Shown here: piece after piece, positions 32,357 through 42,428 of the stretch | Numbering within the stretch: position 1 is the stretch's first letter | Layout: each line of letters begins with the position of its first letter | Assembly: GCA_963822945.1 (NCBI GenBank) | Contig: CAWGJO010000037.1 | Coordinates: forward strand, 17,533 to 81,532 | DNA length: 64,000 nt | Source: an uncultured Gemmatimonadaceae bacterium | Lineage (GTDB): Bacteria; Gemmatimonadota; Gemmatimonadetes; Gemmatimonadales; Gemmatimonadaceae | Direction: 5' to 3' | Notes under the pieces: model-generated | Told to the model about the DNA's origin: nothing | Seen by the model: the letters and a program-made list of their open reading frames with translations, nothing else | The model's database searches: none | Position numbers and translations under genes: made by a program

Positions 32357-34039
32357 TCAGCGGCGCACGAGCACCCCCGCATCGTGCACGATGCGGCCGC
32401 CGAGCACGGTGAGGACGCTGGTGATGCGGGGGAGCTGGGCGGCCGGGACAGTGAGCGGGTCCGCCGAAAGCACCGCGAGGTCGGCCAGCATGCCGGGGGC
32501 GAGCATGCCGCGCTCGGCCTCGCGTCCCTCCACATAGGCGCCGCCACGCGTATAGGCGAGGAGCGCCTGTTCGCGTGTGAGCGCCTGATCCGGACGGAAC
32601 GGGTCGCGGATGGCGATCATCATGTTGAGCCACGGGCTCGCCTCGGGGCCGCCATTCGTGTCGGAGCCAAGCGCGTGGAGGACTCCGGCGTTCAGCAGGT
32701 TGCGCAGCGGCTGATAGACGGCACGCCGTTCGGGTCCCAACCGCACTTCCAATGTGCTGTCGGCGGTGTGCAATGGGTTCTGGGTCACGACCACCCCCAG
32801 CCGTTTCGCGATCGGGATGAGGTCGGGCATGAGCCCGTCGCCATGCTCCATGCGCACCCGCTTGGCGCGCCACCGTTCGGCGGGGGCCAGCGCCTGCATC
32901 GTATGCAGCACCAGCGCGGCGGTGGAGTCGCCGGCCACGTGCAGCGCCACCGACACGTTGGAATCGAGCACATGGCGCAGGATGCGCCGGATGGCGTCGG
33001 GCGAAAAGTTGACGGTGCCATACCAGCCCGGGGTCTGCGCGTACGGAGCGCGCAGGGCCGCGTTTCGATCGGGCTGCGTGCCGTCGAGGATCCACTTCAT
33101 GCCGGCCACCCGCACGAGCGGCGACGTGGGCCGCGGCCAGGGATGCGCCCACGCTTCCGCGACGTCCTTCTTCGGAAGGTACAGGCGGTAGAGGGTCCAC
33201 CGCAGGGGCGCGTTGGCGGCGTCGAGCGCCGCGACCAGCCGGTCGAACGCGAGGGGCTCGCCCATGGTGTGCACGCTCGTGACGCCCCACGCCGACTCCT
33301 GCTCGGCGTACCGGCGGAGCGCCGCCACCGCCGAATCCTGCGGCAGGTTCTGCCGCAAGTGCGCCGCGGCATTCCAGATTGAGTATTCGTACAGGCGGCC
33401 GTTGAGGCGGCCGGTGGCGGGATCCCGTCCCAACCTTCCCCCGTCGGGCGCGACCGAGCGGTCGCTGAACCCTGCTGCGCGCAGCGCCGCCGAGTTCATG
33501 ATCACGCCGTGTCCGGTGAAGTACGCGAGCTCGACCGGGTTGTTCGGTGCAACGCGATCGAGCCAACTGCGATCGATGGCCGAATCGTCCAGCACGAGGG
33601 GGCCGATCTCTGCCGCAATGAACTGCCCGGGGGCGGCGCGGCCGACGGCAGCGCGAAGGGCGGCCTCCAGTTGTTGCGGGTTCGGTCCGGGGTCCGGCGG
33701 GCCTTGGGGCGGGAGCGTGAGTACGCCCGGAATGGGGATTGCCGGATGCATGTGTGCGTCGGTGAGCCCGGGAACGACGAACCGCCCGCCGAGCGCGATC
33801 CGGCGGGTGTGCGGGCCGGCCAGCCGTTCGATCGTCGAGTCCGCGCCGACCGCTTCGATGCGGTCGCCGCGAATCGCCACGGCCTGGGCCCAGGGATGTG
33901 TGGAGTCCGCGGTGAACACGCGGCCGCCGGTGAGCAGAAGGTCCGCCGGCTGCTGCGCACCGGCAATGGCGGGAGTGGATGCCGCGAGGGCAATCAGGGT
34001 GAGAACCACCGGGAGTGCAGAACGCGGGAACCGGGCCAT
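32357..34039 (-). CDS. Secreted amidohydrolase (amidohydro_3/YtcJ-like)
   Basis: PGLTDAHMH, KWILDG, LHVAGD, RMEHG, LGSD, G.LAPGMLADLAVL. Confidence 0.9.
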   Translation of the reverse strand: MARFPRSALPVVLTLIALAASTPAIAGAQQPADLLLTGGRVFTADSTHPWAQAVAIRGDRIEAVGADSTIERLAGPHTRRIALGGRFVVPGLTDAHMHPAIPIPGVLTLPPQGPPDPGPNPQQLEAALRAAVGRAAPGQFIAAEIGPLVLDDSAIDRSWLDRVAPNNPVELAYFTGHGVIMNSAALRAAGFSDRSVAPDGGRLGRDPATGRLNGRLYEYSIWNAAAHLRQNLPQDSAVAALRRYAEQESAWGVTSVHTMGEPLAFDRLVAALDAANAPLRWTLYRLYLPKKDVAEAWAHPWPRPTSPLVRVAGMKWILDGTQPDRNAALRAPYAQTPGWYGTVNFSPDAIRRILRHVLDSNVSVALHVAGDSTAALVLHTMQALAPAERWRAKRVRMEHGDGLMPDLIPIAKRLGVVVTQNPLHTADSTLEVRLGPERRAVYQPLRNLLNAGVLHALGSDTNGGPEASPWLNMMIAIRDPFRPDQALTREQALLAYTRGGAYVEGREAERGMLAPGMLADLAVLSADPLTVPAAQLPRITSVLTVLGGRIVHDAGVLVRR

Positions 34040-34313
34040 CGGCCGCTCCGTGTCGAGGGTGAGGAGGGGGGCGGGTTGAACAAATTGTCGGATTACCGCG
34101 GGCCCGAACAAGCGCACGAGGTGCGGAGAAACGGCGCGAGCCGCGCACCCTTGCCGGCAATCGTGCCGCGCGCCTGAAACCGTGGCTCGGTCACTTCCCA
34201 CGCGGCCTTCAGACATGCACACGTCCCCGGCCCGAGGGGTGTGATCTTCCGTGCGCTCGCGCGAATCACATGTTGAGACCAGCAACGACCCGTCGTGAGC
34301 GGAACGGAGGCAC

Positions 34314-34823
34314 GTGCAGACACCGGGAGCCGAGAGCGAGTTCACCACCTTGCTGGACGCCCACAAGGGGATCCTCTACAAGGTGGGGAACGCGTATGCC
34401 ACCAACGCGGAGGACCGCGCCGATCTGATGCAGGAGATCGCCGCGCAGTGGTGGCGCTCGTTTCCGCGCTACGACCGCCGGTTTCGCTTCTCTACATGGG
34501 CCTACCGCATCGCACTCAACGTGGGGATCTCGTTCTGCCGGCGCGAACGCCGAAGGGAGCGGACCTACGTCGAGGCCGGCGACTCGGTGCTCGAAATCGT
34601 GGGGGATGATCCCCGAGTCTCTGCAGACGACGGTCGGGTGCGGGCATTGCACGGGTTCATAGCCACGCTGCCACCACTCGACCGGGCGCTCATTCTCCTG
34701 TATCTCGACGGCCATCGGTATGACGAGATCGCCGAGGTGCTCGGGATTTCCGTGAGCAACGTTGGCACACGCTTCGGGCGCATCAAACAGAGACTTCGCG
34801 GCGAGTTCTCCGCGGCAACTTGA
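34314..34823 (+). CDS. ECF RNA polymerase sigma factor
   Basis: DLMQEI...FSTWAYRIALN...LILLYLDG..YDEIAEVLGISVSNVGT. Confidence 0.92.
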   Translation: MQTPGAESEFTTLLDAHKGILYKVGNAYATNAEDRADLMQEIAAQWWRSFPRYDRRFRFSTWAYRIALNVGISFCRRERRRERTYVEAGDSVLEIVGDDPRVSADDGRVRALHGFIATLPPLDRALILLYLDGHRYDEIAEVLGISVSNVGTRFGRIKQRLRGEFSAAT

Positions 34824-34835
34824 ATGGGAGACGAC

Positions 34836-35609
34836 ATGGAACTGGACGACTTGAAGCGAAGGTGGGAGGAACAGGACCGGAAGCTGCAGGCGTCGCTGAG
34901 AATTCAGCGACTGAGTCTGCGCGAACTCGGCCGGGCCGAGGCGGCGATGGGGCGTCTGACACTCGGGCTCGAATTCGAAGTCGCGCTCGCGACGCTGTTC
35001 GCCGTCGCGCTCGGGTCCTTTGCGGCGAGCCACGTCGCCCCGCTCCGCGTATTCGCCTCCTCGATGGTGGTGGACCTCTACGTGCTCGCACTCGGCGCAC
35101 TCGCGGCGCGGCAGATCTTCGCCATCCGCAGGCTCGACTGGTCGCGGCCCGTGACCGCCATACAGACCAGGCTGGAGTCGTTGCGGCTGGAACGGGCCAG
35201 AACCGCGTTGGCGGCCGTGCTGGTGGGAACCCTCCTCTGGATTCCGGCCGTCGCGGTCGTGGTGGCGGCGGTTGCCGGGGTGGACCTCTATGCCCGCGTC
35301 TCGCCGGCTTGGCTGGCGGCGAACTTTGCCTTCGCAGCCGGAGCGATCGTGGCGGTTCTATGGTGGGCCCGGCGCCGAGCGGCAAGGGGAGCGACGATGA
35401 ACGGGTGGCTGGTGGCCGCGCTGAGCGGCACCGAGCCTGCGGTCGGCCCTCACCGTGCTGGCCGAGCTCCGGGAATTCGAAGGAACGAGCGGTGCACCGG
35501 GCACGGACGCCAGCGCCGACGCCGAGGGATGGGGGGAACCGTGATCGCCAAGCGGTGGGCGCGGGACCATCGGTGGCAAGCGATGCCGCGCTCAGCGGGC
35601 CCGCGGTGA
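34836..35609 (+). CDS. Multi-TM putative anti-sigma partner; C-terminus probably frameshifted near 35435
   Basis: MELDDLKRRW start typical of ECF partners; 4 TM segments. Confidence 0.65.
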   Translation: MELDDLKRRWEEQDRKLQASLRIQRLSLRELGRAEAAMGRLTLGLEFEVALATLFAVALGSFAASHVAPLRVFASSMVVDLYVLALGALAARQIFAIRRLDWSRPVTAIQTRLESLRLERARTALAAVLVGTLLWIPAVAVVVAAVAGVDLYARVSPAWLAANFAFAAGAIVAVLWWARRRAARGATMNGWLVAALSGTEPAVGPHRAGRAPGIRRNERCTGHGRQRRRRGMGGTVIAKRWARDHRWQAMPRSAGPR

Positions 35610-35704
35610 TGATCGAGCTTCAACTGGGGCGGTTCTGAAGCATTGGCCGCTGGGGGGACTCGCGAGCGAATGGTCCCGCGTGCGCGGCGCCATGCGTACC
35701 CGAT

Positions 35705-35912
35705 CGAGGCGTTTCGCATGAGGCCCGCCAGCATCGCCCGCTTCATCGCCGAGGCTTTGAACGCGGCGCGGAACTCGTTTTCGTTCATTGCGAGGATCTC
35801 AGTCGCGAGCGCCTTCGCGTACTTCTCCGTGATCACCGGCCGCGCCTGAATCGTAGCGTCCCGCAGGTCCCGCGTCCCGCGCGACTCCAGGTTCTACCGG
35901 CACACCTCCTGG
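35705..35912 (-). pseudogene. queG: queG 3' fragment A (epoxyqueuosine reductase C-terminal part)
   Basis: Translates QEVCR*N...AKALATEILAMNENEFRAAFKASAMKRAMLAGLMRNA, matching QueG CQEVCPWN...F...FKGS.MKRAK..GL.RNA. Confidence 0.8.
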
Positions 35913-35956
35913 GACGTGTGTCGACAGACCTGCATTGCGATCGCGTTGGAGACGGG
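35898..35956 (+). repeat. Palindromic att-like site A + conserved tail
   Basis: CGGCACACCTCC-TG-GGACGTGTGTCG ACAGACCTGCATTGCGATCGCGTTGGAGACGGG. Confidence 0.85.
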
Positions 35957-36168
35957 TGGGCGAACCATCGCCAGGAGAGGGAGCTAGTGCGGCATCGCTG
36001 CAGAAGCCTTGCGTCCGCAGGGCGGCAGTGTGTGAGATTGCTGATGCGACGTGGGTATTGCCTCGCGCCGCCAGACAACTTGACGTCGGGAGCCAGCCGC
36101 TGATAGACTCGCTCCGTGGCTTCACGCAGCCGCATGAATCCGGCGACGACACCCATTCGCGATCACCG

Positions 36169-38434
36169 ATGACCCTCTTTGGAGAGGCGGTCTGGACGCT
36201 TCGGTCGCTCCGGCGCAATCTGACCTTCGCCGTAACGTTCGTCGCGGTGTTCGCCATCGGGCTCGGCGCCGGTACCGCCGTGGTCGCTGCCACCCGGGCG
36301 ATCTATGGCGAGCGGCTGCCGGCACCGGCGCGTTGACGCTGGTCCGGATCTACACCGGGAATGCCGGCGCACCTGCCGCCAGCCCGGAGCGATTCGGCCG
36401 TAGCTCGATGCCGGAGATTCGCGCGTACGCCGAGGACAGCGCCGTGTTCCGTGCGGTCATCGCCACGAACAACTTCTCGGCGACGGTGGGCGTCGGCGAA
36501 CGGCGGCTGGCCGCTACGGGCTCCCTGGTGAGCGGCAACCACTTCTCCGTGCTCGGCCAGCGCGCGCAGCTCGGCCGCCTGATCGACCCCGACGACGATG
36601 CGGCGCGCGGGCGCGCCACCGTCGTGGTGCTGAGCGATGCGTTCTGGCACGCCTATTTCGGAGGACGCCGCAGCGCGGTCGGCGCCGTACTGCGGGTGAA
36701 CGGATACCCGTTCACCGTGGTCGGCGTGGCGGCGCCGGACTTCCGCGGGACGGCGTTCGACTACACGCCCGGGTTCTGGGTCCCCATTGCCGCGCAGTCG
36801 GAGGCGTACGGCTCGCCCTGGGTGGTCGATTATCCCGATGCCTGGATGTTCGATACCTTCGCGCTGCTCCAACCGGGGGTCACACCCGTGCGCGCGGACG
36901 GGCACTGCAATCGCTGAAGCGGGGGCTCCACGCGCGGGCGACGACTGGTATGACCAGCGCGTCGCCACGGTGCGATCAGGCCTCGACCTCGCTTGGCGCC
37001 TTCGACCGGCTGCGCCCACTCGTCGACCGGGTCAGCTGGCTTGTCGGCGCCGTCGCCATGCTTCTCATTCTCATCGTGACAGCGAACCTGGCCATGCTTC
37101 TCGCCCGGCGCTTCGCACAGCACCAGCAGATCGCATCCAACTCGGCACTTGCGGCGACACACGAGCAACTAGTGCGACAGCGGCGATCGAGACACTAGTC
37201 CTCACGTTCCCCGCCGTGGGCGCCGGGATCGTCGTCGCCCTGAGGCTCTCCGCGGTGTGGCCGCGCTCTTCCTCATGGCTTCCCCGGCCAGTCGGTTGTC
37301 GGCACCGCTGGCCGCCGGGCGGCCGCGACCGGGCTGGTGAGCGCGGCGTAGATGGCATCGCCTTAGCGTGGCGTGCGCCGCCCCGCTCACGGCCTGGCGC
37401 GCGGCCGGATGGGAGCACGGGTCGCGCGGCCGGCAGGTGCGTCACAGCTTCATGATCGCGCAGGTGGCCCTGGCGTTCGTGGTCGTACTCGTCGCGGCGT
37501 TCCTGCAACGGAGCGCCCACGCGCTCGCATCGGTGATCCGGGATCGACGTCGCAGACGTCCTACGGGCCGCGTCTACCTCTGGAACCGGGCGGGGTTCGA
37601 CGCGGGCTCGATCGCTCGGTACGACGGAGTAGTGCGGCGACTGCGTCTGGATTCCCAGGTGGTGGACGCCTCCTCGGCTGCGCGCAAGTCCTTCGGGCTA
37701 TGAAAACCGAACGGCGATGAGCGTACCGGGGCGTGCGCGGATTCGGGACAGGACAGCGTCGTCGCCTCGGCCACTGTCGGCATCCCAATACTCGCCACGC
37801 TGGGCGTTCCGATTCTCGAGGGGCGGGATTCGACCTGCGGGACACGGTCGGAGCGCCAGGGCAATCGTCGTCGATCGGGCGGCCGCACGGAACTCTGGTC
37901 AGGCGCAAGCGCGCTCGGTCAGGTGGTCCTCCATGCCGGCCAGCGCTTTGCAGTCGTCGGTGTCGTCGGCGACGCCGCCGCGCAAGACTGGACGCGCCTC
38001 ACGTGCCGCGAGTCTACTTCGCGACTCCAGGCCCAGGGCTTCGCACCGCCGCACCAGAAGCTGTTCATTCGGGTTCGCGGTCGGCGGACGCGGCCGGATC
38101 GCGCGCACGATCCAGCGCATCGCCCCGGGCCCCGCACGCGTCGAGCTGCGGACGTGGGGTCGATCCGCGACGATCAGTTCGGCGCGCTCGATGCGCTCGC
38201 GATCTCGTGGCGTCGATCGCGATCGTGGAGACGCTGTTGGCAGCGCTTGGCCTGGCCGGGCTCATGGCCTGTCTCGTCGGCCAGCGACTGCGCGAGACTG
38301 CCATCCGCCTGACGCTCGGCACCAAGCGGCGCTCGATTTTCTGGCTGCTGCTGCGCGATGCCGCGCGCTCAGTGCTCGCCGGAGCTGTGCTCGGCGCATT
38401 ACTCTGGGGTCGTACGGCACGACTGGTCGCTTAG
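36169..38434 (+). pseudogene. ADOP/MacB-type ABC permease, heavily frameshifted
   Basis: Fragments in different frames: FAIGLGAGTAV, VSGNHFSVLG, NGYPFTVVGVA, IVTANLAMLL, AQVALAFV, GQRLRETAIRLTLG. Confidence 0.75.
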
Positions 38435-38681
38435 TTCCTCGCCCGAGCAAAGGGGTCGATCGATCCCGTGAGCGTCACCGCGTCGCTGGTGACGGTCATG
38501 ACGGCCACGCTGGGGCTCGCAGCGCTGCCCTGCCTGAGCGGATCGCGACGGGCGCCCGTGTACCGGGGGAGTGAGGAGGGGCGATCAATGCTGGACAGTG
38601 GGTCCACGTGCTTCGCTCCCACGGTTCGAAGGGAGCGAATGAGGCTTGCCATATGGCGAACCCCATGGGTACGCTTGGGGC

Positions 38682-39421
38682 ATGCGCAACTTCGCGTACA
38701 ATCTGGTTCGGCGCGCGGCGGTCGTGGTCGCCGCGGTGCTGTGCCTGGGCGCTCCCAGCGTCGCCGCGCAGCAAGCTCCCGTGCGAGGTCGCGTCGTCGA
38801 CTCCGCGGGCACTGCGGTGTCGCAGGCCGATGTCATTCTGCTGCCCGACAGCCTCCACACCACAACCGATGGCACCGGCCGTTTCTCGTTCGGGCCGCTG
38901 GCCGCCGGCAAGCACATTCTGCGCGTGCGGCGTTTGGGGTTCGCCCCGGCATTCGTCCCGTTCATTGCGCCGCTGAACAGTGCCCTGGTCGTCGAACTGC
39001 CGCCGCTCCCGTAACGCTGCAGACGATCGTGACCAACGCGCTTTCAGGACGCCTGCCTCGCGTGATACAGCGCGAAGAGGAACACCTGGGTGTGCAGCTC
39101 TATGGGCCGCGCCTGGACAGCCTGTTGCACCGCCACGAGGGCATGACCGTCGGGGAACTGCTGCCCTGGGATCGCGCTGTGGCGCTCAAGCTGATGTCAT
39201 CCAGAGGGTGCCAAAAGGCGATCTATGTGGACGGCGACTCGGCCCGAGCGCCGATCCAATTCTACATCAGCAAGGATGAGATCGGGGCCATCGAGGTGTT
39301 CAATTCGCCCGACTTCATCCACGAGCCGTTCCTACCCCCGGATACCAAGGCCGGAAAGTGCGTGCAACTCATCCTGATCTGGTCCAAGTACTACCAACAG
39401 CAGCCGTGGGGCGGTAAATGA
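38682..39421 (+). CDS. Secreted carboxypeptidase-regulatory-like (transthyretin-fold) domain protein; frameshift near 39005
   Basis: Signal peptide, VRGRVVDSAG...TTDGTGRF...LRVRRLGF; C-terminal IYVDG...IGAIEVF...C...LIWSK. Confidence 0.7.
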
Positions 39422-39461
39422 ACAGCGCCGGACGGCCGTCGCGGTTCCGCTGAAGTCGTGC

Positions 39462-39520
39462 CGGCACACCTCCCGGGAGGTGTGCCGACACACTGTATTG
39501 AGATCTCGTTGGCGAGCGGG
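39462..39520 (+). repeat. Palindromic att-like site B (perfect 26-bp palindrome) + tail
   Basis: CGGCACACCTCC-CG-GGAGGTGTGCCG ACACACTGTATTGAGATCTCGTTGGCGAGCGGG. Confidence 0.9.
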
Positions 39521-39713
39521 CGGGAACTCCTGCGAGGACAAGCTGTTGGCGCGGAATCAAGGCGATGCCGACCCGAAGGAACGGCTTGACGGTCCCCGAT
39601 GGCTTTAGCAAAATGGAATCCGGTGCCGCGGAGCAGGGCACGATGAACTCCGCCGGAGTTCGTGCGCCGTCGGATCGCGATTGGCGCGAAGGCCGCAGCC
39701 TGGGGGAATCGCC

Positions 39714-42103
39714 GTGAAGGCCCTGGTGGACCGTTCCACGTTGCGCGCGCTCGCCCGCACACCGGGCTTCACGATCATGGTCATCGTGTCGCTGGCGCTG
39801 GCCGTGGGCCTCACGACCACCACCTACGGAATCGTTGACGCCGTGATGCATCCGTACGTGCCGTACCGTGCTCCCGAGCAGTTGTATGCGGTGCAGACCG
39901 ATGCCTTCGACGTTTCGGATGACCTCCTGGCCGACATGGCGCGGTCACTGCGTGCCCAGCGTCAGCTCTACTCGGACTTCGCGATGGCCCTGGCGGCGCG
40001 GGCGCATCCGACGATCGGCGTTGCCGGACAGACGCTCGACGTCTTTCCCCAGGAAGCCAGCGTCAACTTCTTCGACGTGTTGGGTGTTCGCATGTTCGCT
40101 GGCCGCGGGTTCCGGCCGGAAGATCGCGACGCGCCCGACCGCGCGGGGGTGGTGGTGAGCTACCGGTTCTGGCGACGGTACCTGCACGGCGCCATGCCGC
40201 TGAGTTCGGTGCCCGTGATGGTGGACGGCCAGGCCTACACCGTGATCGGGGTGCTCGGGCCCGATGTGCGGCGCGGCGACGTGTTCCTCGCCATGCCGCG
40301 CGCCACCGAAGAGGGATGGTTCTTCGGCGCCGGGCCCGTCCTCAGGGTGCGGTCCGGCGTGACCGAAGCGCAGCTGACCGCGGCCCTCCGCCTGGCTGCG
40401 CGCCAACCTGAGCCGGAAGTACGGTCCCCAGCACGTGATTCGCTATGAGGTGCGCTCACTGGCCGGCGCCCCGCGGCAATTGCAACCCTTCCAATTCGCA
40501 CTCTCCGGCGCCGCGCTGATCATTCTCCTGATCGCGTGCGCCAACGTCGCCAACCTGCTCATCGTCCGCGTCGTCACGCGGAGCGTGAAATTGCCGTGCG
40601 AATGGCGCTCGGCGCGTCGCGGCGTGACGTGGGGCGGTTCGTGTTCGGCGAAGCCATCGTGCTCGCCGTCGCGGGTGGTGCACTCGGGCTGCTGCTCGCG
40701 GCGTGGAGCATCCATCTGATCGAGTACCGGTTCACGATGGATGTGAGCCAGATCGGCCTCCTGCAGCCGCATTTCGACTGGCGGGTGGCAGCGGCATCTG
40801 CGCTGGCCAGCGCGCTCGTGGTGGTGCTCATCGCCTGGGGCGCGACGGTCCGCGCACGCGCCACGAACGTGAACGAGGCGATGAAGGACGGCGCCGGCAC
40901 GACGACGCAGCCGGCTCATCGCTCGCACGGATTGCTCGCGGTCACCGAGGTCGCCCTGTCCCTGGTGGTACTGATGGGGGCCGGCCTCTTGTTGCGCGCG
41001 AGTCAGGCCATCCGGCATTTCGACTTCGGCTACGACCCGCGGCACATAGTCTCGACGACGGTGGCGCGGCCGCGACGGGATTCGACCACGAGTCTCGGCG
41101 AGGAATTCTATGCCGACGTGCGCAACGGGATCCGCGCACTCCCCGGCGTGCGGGGCGTGGCCACGACCTACGAGGAAACGGTGCCGGCCAGCGCCGTGAC
41201 CTCGGACGTGGGCGGTGCATCGCCGCGCGTGGCGCGCATCCCCACCTACTCGGTGGTCTCTCCGAGTTTTTCCATCTCGTCGGGATTGCGATCAAACAGG
41301 GGCGTGACTTCGAGCCCGGCGACGTGGACAGCGCCGGCGCGGCGATCGTGGACGAGACACTCGCCCGGATGCTCTGGCCACACGAATCGCCGCTGCAACA
41401 TCTGGTCAAGCTCGGTGGGCCGCGTTCCAACGGGCCCTGGGTCCGCGTGGTCGGCGTCGTCCCGCCCATACGCTTCTCGTTCACGCCCGGCCGCGACCCC
41501 GACCAGGCAATGGCAGTGCATCCGAACGTCTGGGTAGCCAGGGCCGGGAGCGCGCACGGCGAGTACGACGGACGGAAGCTGTTCATCCGTACCCGAGCAG
41601 ACGAGGCCAGCGCCCTCGCCGGCGTGTCGCGGTATCTGCAGACCATCGAGCCGTGGAACCGACCCGTGTACCGGCCCATCCTCGAGCAATTCGACCAGGA
41701 GATGCAGCTCAGCCAATTTCTCGCGTCGCTGTTCGGGGCGCTCGCCGGCTTTGCCCTCCTTCTCTCGACGGTCGGGTTGTACAGTCTGCTGAGCTACATC
41801 GTGGCGCGGCGCGGGCGCGAATTCGCCATGCGAGCCGCGCTCGGCGCCCGCTCGCGCGACCTGGTGCGGGTGGTCGTTCGCGATGCGATGCTGCTGATCC
41901 TGGGGGGTACTGCCGTCGGTGCGTTCGGCGCCATGTGGACCGGCCGAGTGATGGAGCACCTGCTGTTCACGGTGAACCCGCTCGACGCACTCACCCTCGT
42001 GGCGGCCGAAGCCGTGCTCATCGTGATCTCGCTCGCCGCCGTCATCGGGCCGGCGTACCGGGCCACGCGGGCGGATCCCGTGGAACTCCTGCGAGCGACG
42101 TAA
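39714..42103 (+). CDS. ADOP/MacB-type ABC permease (about 3 frameshifts)
   Basis: LRALARTPGF...LALAVG; LIACANVANLL; VTEVALSLV; GLYSLLSYIV...EFAMRAALGA; ADPVELLR. Confidence 0.85.
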
Positions 42104-42134
42104 AGGCGTGATGGCGCCGGTACCAGGGCTATCG

Positions 42135-42312
42135 GCTTCGCCCGCTTCATCGCCGAGCCTTTGAACGCGGCGCGAAAGTCGGCTTCTCTCATGGCGAGGG
42201 TCTCCGTCGCCGGTGTCTCACCGCGTCCTTCTCGCCGAGTGCCGCCCGCGCCTCGACCCTCGGCTCCCTCACATCCCTTGCGACTCCAGGATTCTACCGG
42301 CACGCGTCCGGG
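42135..42312 (-). pseudogene. queG: queG 3' fragment C
   Basis: ETLAMREADFRAAFKGSAMKRAKP; DNA similar to fragments A and F. Confidence 0.75.
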
Positions 42313-42330
42313 GAGGTGTGCCGACAAACC
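42298..42330 (+). repeat. Palindromic att-like site C (degenerate)
   Basis: CGGCACGCGTCC-GG-GGAGGTGTGCCG ACAAACC. Confidence 0.8.
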
Positions 42331-42428
42331 ACATCGAAATCGAACCGAGCACCGGACGCCGAGCCACCTCCGCCACATGAACTGAATCGACCAATCGCCC
42401 GTAACACGGCAACATTCCCGGCCGCGCG

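Noticed and set aside
35450..35836. 128-aa ORF as a functional queG
   Set aside because: It is only a C-terminal fragment, preceded by an in-frame TAG, and lacks the N-terminal domain and first Fe-S motif.
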